This document shows, piece by piece, positions 11,958 through 25,991 of a stretch of 64,000 nt of DNA. The translations under genes and the position numbers were made by a program. The stretch lies in the NCBI GenBank assembly GCA_010093705.1, contig MU006089.1, positions 1,118,455 to 1,182,454 on the forward strand. The letters are read 5' to 3'. This stretch comes from Patellaria atrata CBS 101060. Its lineage: Eukaryota. Under the pieces are notes generated by a model, which saw nothing but the letters and a program-made list of their open reading frames with translations, had not been told where the DNA came from and did no database searches. Numbering within the stretch: the stretch's first letter is position 1; every line of letters starts with the position of its first letter.

Positions 11958-13151
11958 TCAACCTGCCAGAATACGTTGGGTGATCGATTTGGGCATACAG
12001 CTATGCGCAACATAGTTTCAGTAAATTTGACAAAGCCGTGATAGTGGATGGAATGGAAAATATACTCACTAAACCGGATCTACCTCTTGCAGGCCGGGAT
12101 ACCCGATCAGACTTAAACCGGCAATGCCGAACACAGTGTGAAAGACATCAACCATATCACCCGGTCTGTCTGCGATACCTCCAAGTTCTGGATCCTGTCT
12201 CTGTTAACGGAACGCGAAATTTACAAGAACCGGAAAAAGATTACAAACCTGACATCTGAGAATGAACGTTGCGAGTTTCTCTTTGTCAATCCAATGCAGC
12301 CGTCCGATCATTGCAAGACTGCTGACTACCCACCAGCTATAGCAGACATCTTCCAATTTTTCAGGGCGTCCATTTAGGCCCCCATTAGGTAATTGCCTCT
12401 CACTTAGCCACGCCCCGAGCTTGTCACGGTCGACAAGATCCAGACGACCAGCTATTGTAAGGGCTCCTACGCATGTGAATATCTGACCAGCGTGTGATTC
12501 TGCTCCTGGACCCGTTCCATAACCACCATCGAAATTTGCACAGGAGTCCACATGTTCGACTGCCTTTGTCACATCAACGAGGTGAAGCATGCCCAACAGT
12601 GATAGAGCGTTTAATGCCCCATACAGAAACCTCGTGTCCGTTTCACCCCATTCGTCGCCGGCAAACGTTCCTGTATCGCGGTTCTGGAAATTTGATATGA
12701 CTGTAAGCTGATAAGTAATGGTTGAAGGGATTGGAACTGGAGTCAATCACGTACAGTGCCCTATCTTACGCTTGCCGTCCTGCACACGTTGTTCGAAATC
12801 TTCGAAAGCATCTAACATTGCCAGTATTTGTACGCCGCTCACCGTATATAGCATATGTGCGTCATGTCCAGGCGCTGCGCCAAACCCACCGTTGTCGTGC
12901 ATGCACGATATTACAAAATCAATAATCTCATCGCGAGGAAGGGCATCAGGCTGGCCAAGAAGATGAAGAGCCGTAAGTCCCCAGTATAATCCACTTAGAC
13001 GAAGGTGTTCTGTAAGCCAGTATTCGAGTTCATCCTTCCGTCTGTCCAGACTCTGAATGTACATGACGTGCTTGTCGATATAGAGACGTAAATCGTCAGG
13101 TAGATGCGCTGTGTCTGTCCTAGCACGTCCTGGACCTGAAGCCAGGGACAT
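11958..13151 (-). CDS. BET2: Rab geranylgeranyltransferase (type II) beta subunit
   Basis: [74 protein letters not shown]; last exon [13 protein letters not shown]. Confidence 0.96.
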
Positions 13152-14073
13152 GGTCTTAATTTTGATAATAAGCTTCTATTTCTTGGAACTTATGCGGAAG
13201 GTTTCTAGGACACTTTTGTTAGAAAATTTTGATAATATAGGGAGATGAGGTTCCTGTTTGAGGATGCTCGTTTCAGAAGCGCTGACATTCCGATCAAACC
13301 CACACCTCAGCTTCAAGTCCCTTTCCGTGCCCCTGCAACTTTCCTCCCACTACCCCTACCCACATTGACCTCTCCCACTTGTTCTCAACTTCAATCAGTA
13401 CAGCTTTTGGCTCTAGGTTGCTACTACACGCTCCTTTCTACTGCGCAAAAGTTTTCTGTTCAAGTCCTACTCCATACGATTATCACGTTCACATTACCTA
13501 CCGTCCGTTTGTATAAGTCGGCAGCTCCGGAAACCACGTCCTCCGTAGCCGCACCGCTCCTCTAATATCTGGATTCTGTCTTTGCCGCCTTCTATCCGCC
13601 CTCGTATCCGCCCCTTTGCATAAGACCTGCAGCAAACTATTGTTGGAATCTATAGACGTGTCTTTCCCTTGGCTACGGATTTGCGACTCCTAGTTACAAC
13701 TTTCTTATATCAGAATTTGCTTGAAGCAACCCCAAGTACCATACCTTCTCTGGTCCAATCTTGACCCTAAGTCGCGTGAAGAAGTAGATTTGCTCTACCC
13801 CAAGATTGTCGTTTGTGTGCGTATCCGCTACGACAAACAGTTTCTTTCAGACATTTTGGATCAACTGGGTTGTGAGTATTGTCTCTTCCTTTGTTCCATG
13901 TGCTTCACTTCCGCTTCAACAACCCTCAGAACGTCGTTTGCCCTCATGTTTCATAATTGCTCCTTAAGCAGAACCTGTGACGCTCTCCAATGATTCTTGA
14001 CCACCGAAACGTACAACATGTTAGCTGACGCACTTCACTTCAGTAAGTGAATAGATCGGACATTCTTTGGAGG

Positions 14074-16160
14074 ATGCCGAAACCTTCGAACCTCTCTTTA
14101 ACACTATCGCAATTAAAAGACGAATCCAGAGCGGAACGTCAACCTCGAAGCCCCAATTCTCCTGCTCTACCAAGCCCGAACAATGCGCGTGACGTGAGCG
14201 AAGCAAACTTTGCGGACGCGTATGATCTGCATTCCCCGATAACCTCTCTTCCCCCCCCTCCGCAATCGCCCTCCATTTCCAAGCACAAGAAGGAATCTTC
14301 GAGGTCGTGGTTCTCTAACAACAAACCATCAAAGTCCTCAAGTCGCAATCGACCTACCGAAGGTCCAGTACGACAGATTTCCGACAATCATATACCAACA
14401 ACTTCGAGCTCCGGTGCTGTATATCCATATCGACGTAGTCCAGGTTCTTCTCCGGAACTCACTCTAACGCTAGAAGGCGCCAAAGGCAACGCTAGCGTGT
14501 CCAACAGTAAGTTTTTATGAGCTTGACTCCAAACAACCCCGAACCGTATTGATGATTTCTTAGGTGCCACTTCATCCACTGATGATCTCGGAGGTCACAA
14601 ACAAGCAAGCTCATTGAAGTCAAGTAGCGCGTCCCAGATTGACAGTGATAATTCCACGACAAGGAAAATTGGATCTACCAAACCACGCTTCACAATTTTG
14701 AATCGAAATCGCTCGATTCGGAACGAAGAAGATCATCAAATCCAGCGCAAAGCATCCATTCCCAGTATTCTCGGGGATCACAGCGAAAGTACACACAAAG
14801 GCTCGATTAGTGGCGGACTTAAGACAGCTCCATTGAAGGAAGAAAGACATTTTAGGGAGATGATGAATTCAAACTCGCGTAACAGGTCCGTTGATCGGCA
14901 TGACCGTAGGAATGGAAACCCTGAGGAAGACTCTCAGCATCGTAAGGATTCTACATCGCTATCAACCTCGCTTAAAGAAAACTTCATGTTTCTTAACATC
15001 AAGAGCAGCGGCACTAAGGCGGCAGATGCGATATTTCGCGGAGGCAAGAACATGGCAAGCAAACTGGGCCGTAGCGGGAGCAGTAATGAGCGCGAAGTTC
15101 CTGTCGTCGAGGGACCATATCAGTTGCAGGTCATTAATTTGCCATTGGTGGAACAAACGCGTATCACAAGAATTTCTAAGCGCTTAGAAGACTCCAAAGA
15201 TAAGACAGAGTTTTGGATGCCAGCTTTACCATGGAGGTGTATCGAGTATGTGTAATGTATCGAATCCGTCGCGGATCTCACTGATGATGGTTGTAGCTAC
15301 CTGAACCTCAAAGGATGCGATGAAGAGGGTCTCTATCGCGTTCCTGGATCAGAAAAAGATATCAAACTCTGGCAAAAGCGTTTCGACAAAGGTATGTGTA
15401 GCAGTTATAATCTTTGTGGGCCGAGTTACGGGGCTGATCCTTACGTCTAGAATACGATATCAACCTGATTGAGGCGAACGAAAATGGTGACTTAAACGAC
15501 ATCAACATCATCGGATCGATGTTCAAGTCATGGTTACGCGAGTTACCCGATGAGATCTTTCCAAAGAAGATCCAGCATAAGATCGCAGAAGAATGTAAGG
15601 ACGCTAAGAAGACCCCCCAGATGCTCAAAGACGAGCTCTCCAAGCTTCCCCCGTTCAACTACTACCTTCTCTTCGCCATTACCTGCCATATTAGCCTTCT
15701 CCATTCGTGCTCAGCGCAGAATAAGATGGATTTTCGAAATCTGTGTATCTGCTTCCAGCCTTGCCTTAAAGTAGAGGCTTTCTGCTTCCAATGGCTCGTT
15801 CTTGACTGGCGCAATTGCTGGCAGGGCTGTTGGACAGAGAAGGAGTACTTGGCGAAAGAGATGAAAGAAATTGCCACCAAGAATCCTTCTACTAAGCAGC
15901 TATCGTCGATACGGGATGTCTCACCATCGAAGGTTAACGCTGTGGATGAGCGTGCTGTGTCATCGTCAGGAAGTAGCAAGCTATCTATGACCGACGATGC
16001 ACCAGCGGAACGATCGCGAGTTCCTCCTCCCGTTGACTCCTCGCTCGCTAATCTTTATGAAGATGAAGCTCCGACTCCGACAAAGAATGGTCATTCACGG
16101 ATGGATTCTCAGTTACCTCCGTTGTCACCCATGAAACCTCTATCGCCCATGCGCCTCTAG
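14074..16160 (+). CDS. Rho GTPase-activating protein (3 introns; start uncertain)
   Basis: EFWMPALPWRCI, EEGLYRVPGS (arginine finger), IGSMFKSWLRELPDEI, NKMDFRNLCICFQPCL; long S/P-rich N-terminus. Confidence 0.92.
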
Positions 16161-16340
16161 ACCGCATAGGCTAAGTGATGAGCACTCGCGGATGGATTCT
16201 CAATTCCCTCCGCTGTCACCCAACAAATCTCTGGCATCACCTGGCTTCTAGACGCATTATGCTAAAATATGGTACTCACGGATGGATTCACAATTACCTC
16301 TGTTGTACGCCATAAAACCTTTATCATGCATGCGTTTCTT
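16088..16340 (+). repeat. Three degenerate ~90-bp tandem copies of the RhoGAP C-terminal coding end
   Basis: CRCGGATGGATTC.CA.TT.CCTC recurs near 16097, 16186 and 16277, with further aligned similarity downstream in each copy. Confidence 0.85.
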
Positions 16341-17560
16341 TCGACGACTAAGGCCGCTCTCCGAGTCTAAGCCCCTCCTTCACTATGTCCTTCTGCTCGG
16401 TCCCACGTGCGGACTATAATATCACCTGCGACTGTTCCGCGATTCCCCTGGCGATTTTCCCCCGGTTTCCCTTCGACAAGGTGCCTGTAGGCCTACCTCT
16501 TTTCAGCATTCCCCAAGACTCAGTTTATAAAAAGTCATTCTCGGCGTTGTAGGATATCATGGAGTGGTCTCAAAATAATTGGTTCTATCAAATTGGCGAG
16601 GCGCTTCTAAGGAGGCGGGTTTGTTTATGTGGAGCGATTGCATGCCATGGATGGATTTCTTTTTCATATGTGGGGAACTTCACCTATTCCCCAATCGAAT
16701 CGGTCAGCACTTTGTACGATATTGATGAGACAGCACGGTTATGAAGCGTGTACTATTAGTTTCCCCCTAATAAATTCTGCTTTACATTTACATGACCAAC
16801 CTAAGGTACTGTACTGTCCTGTACTGCACCTGAGCAGGGCCCGGCACGCGACATTACCTTATGTGGATAATTTCCTTCAAGTGCAACCGAATCCAGCGAC
16901 ATGGTCCAGGTTATGTGCTGTAAGCATAATTCCAATTGATGGTACTGTAAACGTAAATTCAATGCCTGAAAAAGTAATAACGAAGGTACCTTAAGGAGAC
17001 CCGACGGGAGCAGTGGTAAGGTAAGGAAAGACCCCGCCCCGCGGCCTCGCCTCTCACTGTAAAATCCCGTCATTGGGCCCCACTACAACGCTTGGGTGCA
17101 GGTACAGTACAGTATCCTACCTTATTACATCCTACCACAGCTTCCAACTTTCTTCAAATGTAGTATACTCATACTATCTTCGAAGATTTCGACTCCCATT
17201 GGGAAGGCATCTCCCATATTTCCCCCATAGCACCTGGACAGGTCCCTTCGGAGCCTTCTCTAGAAGTCTTTCTTGTATTTTTTATTGGGTCTTTGGGTGG
17301 AAAGTGCAGTCCGGCGCCGCATTCAACAAAACCAGGTCCATATCCCTCTTCCTGTCTGTTTCTCTTTTCCTCTCCATTACTCTACAGTTTTACCAAACCT
17401 ATCCCTACGGCTTAACTTTTACTTTACGCCTTCTTTTACTCATAGACATAGCTTCTGAACCTCCAATTGCATTGTCTGCAGCCTTCTAGCATCCGCTGTG
17501 CCGTGTCCACTGCTGTCCGTCTTCGAATAAACCCACTCCCATTAGGCTCAAGAAGTTGCT

Positions 17561-20500
17561 ATGACCCCTCCACGACGTGGATCGACTCAAGCCGTATACC
17601 TTCTACCATTGACCGATGGAGGAGCTCCAGATGTTCCTGGATCCTATATCTACCTTCCTCCACCGTCTGACCCTCCCTATATAGTCCGATTCCAGATTGG
17701 TGGCTCTAGCTCGATATGTAGGCAAGGTAGTCTCTGGGTTAACATACCTACCAAAGGGGAGGAGTTTGTACGGAGTAACTACAAAGAATACAGGTAAAAT
17801 ACAACATCTCCATTGAATACGAATGCTTCACTTACTTCTCAAATTAGGCTCACACCAGATTTCAACCGAATGGAGACAATAGACATTCCTATTACGGCTG
17901 CTGGCTCATTTTCCTTCTATACCACGTATTCACCTCTCCCGGAATTCTCTGTGACAGCCGTAGCTACACCAAAACCGACCAGAACCCCCACCCACCACAT
18001 TGATGTCAGCCCGAGGCTTACTCTTAACGGGAGTCCGGTGCCTATTGACTCTTTGTCCATATTTTCCGTCATTTCAAAGTTTATGGGAGAATCTCGTACG
18101 GACTGGAACAAACATCTTCAAGGAATCGGTGAAAGGGGTTACAACATGGTTCACTTTACCCCACTGACCATGCGCGGTGAATCCAATTCCCCATACAGCA
18201 TATATGATCAGCATCAGTTCGACAAGCAGCATTTTCCCAACGGAGAAGAAGATGTTGCGGAGATGGTCCGTAAAATGGAACAAGAGTATGGACTTCTCGG
18301 TCTTACGGATGTTGTCTGGAACCATACAGCAAATAACAGCAAGTGGCTTGAGGAGCATCCAGAAGCTGGATACAATGTCGAGACAGCACCCTGGCTCGAG
18401 GCTGCACTAGCACTGGATGACGCTCTACTTAAACTCAGCCGTGAACTCTCCTCTCTTGGTCTCCCGACAACTCTGCGCAGTGAAGCTGATCTGATCCGAA
18501 TCATGGATGCAGTCAAAACTCGTTGCATTGCTGGCATTAAGCTCTGGGAATACTACGCATTGAATGTCGAGAAGGGTACAGATGACATCCTTCGAGCATG
18601 GAAAGAAGGGAAGGTGAATTTCCCGGATAACGGCTTTGGCACTATTGGTCTCGGAGGGATCCGTGAAATCAAAGGTTGGTCATTGAAGCAAAAGGCTGAC
18701 TGGCTCATCGACAATGCTCTATTGGGAGGTGACCGGTTGGGCGAGAGACATCACCGCAGAATCGATCCTGAAACTGGTGCCGCATTACTCAGTGCTCTTT
18801 TCGGAAGATACGATACGAGGACGAACGGTACGCCAGATGAACGGGCTGCACATGGAACAATGTACAAACTGGTCGATGAAGTCAATTTGCAGCTCTACAA
18901 AGAGTTCGACGCCGACAGCGCTGAAATCATGGAGCAGCTCTTCAATCGGATCAAATATGTCCGTCTTGCTGACCACGGCCCGAAACTTGGAGAAATCAAT
19001 GATGCCAACCCTCTAATTGAGACGTATTTCACCAGGTTACCTGCGAACGAAACCACAAGCAAGCACAGTCCAAGGAGCCTAGCATTGGTCAACAACGGTT
19101 GGATCTGGGCTGCGGATGCTATGAGAGATAATGCCGGACCGAAATCAAGAGCATACCTTAGACGAGAAGTCATCGTCTGGGGTGACTGTGTCAAGCTACG
19201 ATACGGAGCTGGCCCTGAGGACAACCCGTTCCTCTGGGATTTCATGGCGAAGTACACGAGGTTGATGGCCAAGTACTTTTCAGGATTCCGCATCGACAAC
19301 TGTCACTCCACCCCGATCCAGCTTGCCGAGTACATGCTGGATGAGGCACGCAAGGTACGTCCTAACCTTGCAGTGTTTGCTGAACTGTTTACCGGATCTG
19401 AAGAAATGGACTTTGTTTTCGTCAAACGTCTTGGTATCAGCGCTTTGATCCGGGAAGCCATGCAGTCTTGGAGCACTCAGGAAATGAGCAGACTGGTACA
19501 TCGTCATGCCGGACGGCCGATTGGCAGCTTCGAGATTGACGATATCACTGCAACAGATGTGCCAGCTGCACAGGGCGCGACCGGAGGTACAAGACGTGAA
19601 TTGATTCGCAGGATTAGACAAAGCCCGGTCCATGCCCTCTTTATGGACTGCACGCATGACAATGAAGTTCCAGCTCAGAAACGTGATGCTAGAGACACTC
19701 TTCCAAACGCTGCCTTGGTCGCAATGTGTGCTAGTGCTATTGGAAGTGTCATGGGGTACGATGAAATCTATCCTAAACTGATCGAACTGGTACACGAGAC
19801 AAGGAACTATGATTCTCCTTATTCATCTGGCCAACCTGTGAAGGTACAAGCGGGCGAAGGCGGCATTGGAGGGATCAAGAAACTGCTGAATCAAGTCCAC
19901 ACCTTGATGGGAAAGGATGGCTATGACGAAACCTTCATCCATCATGACAACGAATACATCACCGTTCACAGGGTCCACCCTCAGTCTCGGAAAGGCTATT
20001 TCCTGATTGCACATACGGCTTACCCAGGGTATGGCAATGGTAATGGTGGATTCCCGCCGGTTCATCTTCCAGGAAGCAGAGCCAAATTACTTGGTAGTTG
20101 GAGTCTGGAGGTAGAGGCTAGTGAAGAGGTCAAGTCCAGAGTCATCAATGACAAGTCTACTTTGAGAGGTCTACCTAGCCGGACGAAGGACATCAGAGGA
20201 CTCAAGCTTGAGGTTCGCGGTGATGAGACGGTCATTACTGTACCGGAGAAGTTCCCTCCTGGGAGTATCGCACTTTTCGAGACCTGGATTCCAAGTGCTG
20301 AACACTCCGAAGGATTGGACAAGTTTGTTACCAGCGGAGCCAAAGATGCATTTTCATCCCTTGATCTCACCGACCTGAATTTTGTACTCTACAGGTGCGA
20401 ACCGGAAGAACGTGATTCGAGCAAGGGCAGTGACGGCGTCTATGCCATTCCAGATTACGGTCCACTCGTTTATGCGGGCTTGCAAGGCTGGTGGAGTGTA

Positions 20501-22325
20501 CTCAAACCTGTTGTCCGGGGCAACGAGTTAGGTCATCCGATCTGCAATCACCTTCGACAAGGTACGTGGGCTCTGGACTACTGCTATGGTAGACTGGAAC
20601 GTATGTCTACGCAGGAAGGTTATACCAACTTAGCTGGACCCGCCTCGTGGCTCAAGGAACGTTTCGAGGCTATTCGTAAAATCCCAAGTTTCATGCTTCC
20701 ACGATATTTTGCGATGACAATCCAAACTGCCTACAACGCGGCGTTCGATCGTGGAATCGAGCTTATGAATGACAACATCCGCAGTGGCACGACTTTCTTG
20801 AAAAGTATGGCTATGGTTAGCACCCAAGTTACCGGTTACATGAACAACGCTTCTCTCTGGCCCGTCAAGAAGGTACCAAGCATGTCAGCAGGCTTGCCCC
20901 ATTTCTCCTCAGACTGGGCCCGCTGCTGGGGACGAGATATCTGCATATCTATGCGCGGTCTATACTTGGACACTGGCCGATTTGCTGACGCAAAGGAGCA
21001 CGTTCTTGCCTTTGCCAGCGTGCTGAAGCATGGCATGATTCCAAATCTTTTGAGCGGTGGTAAACTCCCGCGTTATAATTCCAGGGACTCGATCTGGTTC
21101 TTCATGCAGAACATTCAGGACTACACCAAACTGGCTCCAAATGGCCTTGAGATCTTGCAGGAATCCGTAAAGCGCCGATTCTTGCCTTACGATGACACCT
21201 GGTTCGCCCATGATGATGCGAGGGCATACTCAAAATCTTCGACAATCGAAGATGTCATTCAAGAGACTCTTCAAAGACACGCCGCTGGTATGTCTTTCCG
21301 GGAATACAATGCCGGACCAAACCTCGACAGTCAGATGAAGTGGGAAGGTTTCCAGATTGACATTCACACCGACTGGGAAACCGGTATCATCTTTGGTGGC
21401 AATCAACACAACTGCGGAACTTGGATGGACAAAATGGGAGAAAGTGAAAAAGCTGGTAGCAAAGGCGTTCCCGGAACTCCAAGGGATGGAGCTGCTGTCG
21501 AAATCACCGGAATGTTGTACAGCACTCTTATCTGGGTAGACGGTCTACAGAAGCAGGGCAAGTTCAAGTACGACGGGGTGACTGTGGACGAGAAGACGAT
21601 CAGCTATGCAGATTGGGCTGCAAAGATCAAGGCAAACTTCGAACGATGTTACTATGTTCCTCTCGAACCAAGTGAAGACAAGGACTACGATGTCAACTCT
21701 AAGATCGTCAACCGCCGAGGCATCTACAAGGATTTGTATCGCTCTGGTAAGGAATACGAAGACTACCAGCTCCGTCCAAATTTCCCAATCGCAATGGTTG
21801 TCGCTCCCGATCTCTTCGACCCTGACAAGGCTCTCTATGCTCTCTCCATGGCCGACAAGATTCTACGTGGACCGTACGGTATGGCGACGCTCGATCCCTC
21901 TGATCTCAACTACCGCCCATACTACAACAACGCCGAGGACTCTACCGACTTCCACACCTCAAAAGGCCGCAACTATCATCAAGGACCGGAGTGGCTGTGG
22001 CCAACGGGATTCTTCCTCCGTGCTCTGTTGCTCTTCGATCTGAAGCGTAGATCGACAGCAGAGGAACGCGTGGAGAGTTACCAACAGGTCACGAGAAGGT
22101 TGGCGGGTTGCGTGCAGTGGATCAAGGATAGTCCATGGGCGGGTCTGACGGAGTTGACGAATAAGAATGGAGAGTTATGTCGGGATTCGGTGAGCTTACC
22201 TTCTAATCATGACTTTTTGATGGAGTCGTTTGCTAATGTTTTCACAGTCTCCCACACAGTCATGGTCCGCTAGTTGTTTGATCGATGTGTATCAAGATGC
22301 CAGGGAGTACGAGGATGGACGATAG
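17561..22325 (+). CDS. GDB1: Glycogen debranching enzyme (4-alpha-glucanotransferase / amylo-1,6-glucosidase); 2 introns
   Basis: GYNMVHFTPL, DVVWNHTA, GFRIDNCHSTP, AELFTGS, MDCTHDNE, WARCWGRD, GTWMDKMGES, NYHQGPEWLWP; last exon SPTQSWSASCL. Confidence 0.98.
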
Positions 22326-22928
22326 ATGATGCGCTTGCTATGAGTCACGATGATGCTGATGAGGGCTGCGGATAGATCCCTATTACACCTATAGAGGCTG
22401 CATTGGTCTTTCTCACGGGGAGTTTCCCCCGAGAAGCTTGTAGATATGAGTTATGAGCAATGAATAACCTAGACTCGACTATCCTCTGACTTGGCTTTGA
22501 CCTGAAGTGGTTCCAAAGGGGTAGTGAGTATGTCGTGTTGTGATTTGTTGTCATTCAACCCAGGACCCATATTGGATCTTTGTTCTCCCTGCTCTTCTTG
22601 TACTCTGACTGCACATCTCCTTAGGTGAGATGAATATCTCACCTTATTCTGACTTTGTTCTTTACTTCCGCGGTGAGAATGGGAGCCACAGGGTTGAGCA
22701 ATACTTTGCTCTGAGAAAATTATTCTACGCCTCATGCGAGATTCCCAACGGAATGGGGAAGAAGAATCGAAATATATCGAAATGGCCGTCACGGGTAAGA
22801 GCTGAGGAGATAGAGAAGAAAACCTAAGGGACATGAGAATGCGGTAACCAGGATATTAAATTCGAACGTGAGTACTATTTTCCCCGACAGACCTAACCCT
22901 TCCTATCTATTTCCAGCTCTGCACTGAC

Positions 22929-24059
22929 TCACGGCCCAAACACTAGTTCTTCTCCCCATCCTTCTCCAGATCCATCAGTTGTGCCCTCTCTCCTCCAGGA
23001 CGTTCGGCGCCCCTCCATCCCACCGTCCCCAGGCCCACCATCCCCAACCGTCCTCTCCCCATCCCCAAACACACGCACAAAGAAATTATCATAACTAGCC
23101 CACATCGCGACAACGACCGCATTGAACGCCTGCGCCAACCACCCCGGAATCATCCCATCGGGATCAGCAAAAATCTTCCCCAGCGCAAACAGGAAGGCGA
23201 AAAACGGCATCCACAGCGTCAGAAACGCCACCCGTCCCGCCTCTTGGCCCCGCGTCGTCCGCGTATAAGGCCGTATACCCGCGAGGTAGGAGAGGTACTC
23301 GGCCGGCATGCCGTGCTGTGCTGCGCCGTCGGTGATGAGTTTCAAGTACCGCGCGCTGGGCTGGGCGTAGCTGGGGTCGGGGCGGCGGAAAAGACGGCCT
23401 TCGGACACGGATGGGGATTGCCGGGGCGCGAAGAGCGTGTGAGCTTTGAAAGCCGGGGTTGTGGGGACGGATGGGACGACGGGGGAGAGGGGCAGAGGGT
23501 GGCAGGGGACGATTATGTCGGCGTAGGAGGAGCCGCCGCCTTCGGTCGCGATGATGTGCGCGTAGTCGGAGGGTGTGACTTCGTAGACGACGCCGATTAG
23601 GCCTTTGTGCCAGCGGTCTTTGTGGTAGTCTGATCCGTTTGCGGGGTGGTCTTTTGAAGGTGGGAGGGACGTGGAGCCCTTTGATGGGGAGGACGGGTCT
23701 CGAAGCGCCGTGTTGGCGAAACAGGGCTCGTGGTAGGGCATGAAGGGGAGGTCGAAGGTGAGGCGTAAGGAGGGGACTTGCACGTTTAGCTGCGAGAGGG
23801 GCCGGATGCCTCGTACGCCTTGGAAGGTCTCGTGCGAGAGGTTGCTGCCGTAGGCGAGGTAGAGGACCGTGCGGCGGGTGGAGTCGGGGAGGTGGTAGTG
23901 GGAGAGGGGTTGGGTCGGGATGGGAGGGGGAGGAGGGGTGGTGGGACGTTGGAGCCGCTGGGGGATGAGGGATTGGAAGAGAGCGGGCAGTTCGGTGAGG
24001 TAGCGGGATGCGGTGAGGGTTTGGAGGTTTGAGGGGGAGTGGGAGGGGGTGTTGGCCAT
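22929..24059 (-). CDS. GliK-like gamma-glutamylcyclotransferase with C-terminal hydrophobic helices
   Basis: VLYLAYGSNL GGCT motif, LIGVVYEVT, IIATEGGG (catalytic Glu region), PSARYLKLITDGA; intronless 376-aa ORF. Confidence 0.85.
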   Translation of the reverse strand: MANTPSHSPSNLQTLTASRYLTELPALFQSLIPQRLQRPTTPPPPPIPTQPLSHYHLPDSTRRTVLYLAYGSNLSHETFQGVRGIRPLSQLNVQVPSLRLTFDLPFMPYHEPCFANTALRDPSSPSKGSTSLPPSKDHPANGSDYHKDRWHKGLIGVVYEVTPSDYAHIIATEGGGSSYADIIVPCHPLPLSPVVPSVPTTPAFKAHTLFAPRQSPSVSEGRLFRRPDPSYAQPSARYLKLITDGAAQHGMPAEYLSYLAGIRPYTRTTRGQEAGRVAFLTLWMPFFAFLFALGKIFADPDGMIPGWLAQAFNAVVVAMWASYDNFFVRVFGDGERTVGDGGPGDGGMEGRRTSWRREGTTDGSGEGWGEELVFGP

Positions 24060-25991
24060 GGTTGTGCTTTGGTTGGCTCTCTTGGGAGATAAGATGCCAG
24101 TTGGTGTTGTTCTCGATGGTGGATTAGTTGGAGAAGATAGAGTCTTGAAGGGAGTATGTGGAAGACGTCACAGGAAGGATAGAGATGAAGGTAGGATTTA
24201 AGGAACAGTACGGAGATAACTCTCTATAAAGGTCAGCTTAATTGATATTGATAGCTTGATAGCTTATCAATAGCGTCCACCCTACTTGCGCTAGCCTCGG
24301 GACACGGGAGTGCGGGCGCCGTTGAATGTTCAGGCGGCCTGAAACTCCAATTCTTTGATAGCGAGGACTGTGTAGACATGGAGTTCTACTACATATCCTT
24401 GGTCTCGCTCGAATACAGTACGAATTCTCCATCCGCGAGCACAGTATCCTACTTGTATAGCCGGGATCCATTCCGCTTGAGCTAAAAGTTCAGTGACAGC
24501 TGTAAAATCTGTCAATTTTAGGCGGTGCCATGCAAGCATTGACAGGGAGTGGCAGAAATTGTCACCTGGGGTTCGAATTTCAACGTCGTTCCATCGACCT
24601 CCAGGTCACCTCTCGTTCCCATTCTAAGTACCCGTATATAAACACAAGTTGTGGAGGTCTTAGATTTCAACTGCTGTATCCTCGGTGGAAGATTGAATTG
24701 CAATTGCTTTCGAGGTAGTTGCTAAACAATCAATACAGTTCTATCACACGTCAGGTATGTTCTGCCGAGTAAATCTACCCCGTAACTCGGGTTGGGCGGG
24801 TGACATGACGGTATTGACTGTTCTGCTGTTGTCTTGGAGAACTTTTGTACGATCCATTCTCAGTGGTGACTGTATAAATGTCCGGGTTCGGAAACCCTTG
24901 TTTCAAGGAAAAGCCGCTGAAGGAGAAAGTAAGAGGTAATAGACAAGGACCGTAGAGCTCGTGGCGTGGACATTGACTGTTGTTATGAAGTAGTTCAAGG
25001 TTGGTAAAACTCCGAGGAATAATAGCTAAGTACTGTTTTGTCTTATCCGAATTTCCGTAGGAACCCTCATCCTTACGTCTCCGTATTCTCATGTCTAACC
25101 TTCAAGGCTACTGTAAGCTTGCTCTAAAACGTAATTCTGACTCTACTATACGTAATTAATCGGAGTGTGAAGCGGACTTCAGGTTGTACCGTCTTTACTC
25201 CGTACGTAGCTCTGGACAGCCGTGGAGATCCTACTCTGGGTATGGCCGAGAAGAGTATAGCAATTGTACAGGAACCGACGAGTGTCAATAGGGGTAAGGA
25301 GGGAGACATACGGATTGGGCAGATTATTCAATCAGTGCTCGGCTGGCGTAACTGGACATCGAATCACGATGAAGGACAAGTATATCTCTATATCTTAAAC
25401 AAGGTTGCAAGTATCTTTCCCCTACGTAAGTTTGCAAGTCTGTAGTATTTACCGTCTCTCAACTCCCATAACCGGATATCTCAAAGGAAAAAGAACTTCA
25501 ACAGCCGGAGTAGGACTTGTGTGCTCCTTTTTTTTCCCCCTTATCCTTATCTTAAGCTATTGCCTTAAGAGCTCATATGGCAAAGAAAAGTGATCTCGTA
25601 TAATTCCCATCAAACAAAAAAATAATTTTAAAAATCAGTAAAAGAAACCCCGCTTTCGCAGCGAAAGAATTACCTCATTCTTAGAGCGTTTCCTTAATCT
25701 CCATACTCATCAGTTGAGAGCTACACTGAATACCTCATGCTGTACAAGTAAAGTACATCTTTAGAACCGACTTCTAGAGGCTTGCATGGAGCAATCTGAT
25801 AGCATGAAAAAAGTAAGAGGACTGGTGAGCCTGTCATGGATTTGAGAGTAGAGGATGTTTACCGATTGACGACCTAATTACCTTATAGAGATGAGGGATG
25901 TACGTGTATCAAACCGAATTGGGAAGGGGTTTCTTTGGTAGGCACGTGGAACGTACGTGAGCTAAAGACGAGGAGCTCCTTCCTTACAAAG

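Noticed and set aside
24238..25593. Short ORFs between the GGCT gene and the large coiled-coil gene
   Set aside because: The one plausible intron joins to an immediate stop and no motifs are recognisable. A degraded remnant cannot be excluded.
25653..25667. CTTTCGC-A-GCGAAAG palindrome
   Set aside because: Only 7-bp arms; expected by chance in 64 kb.
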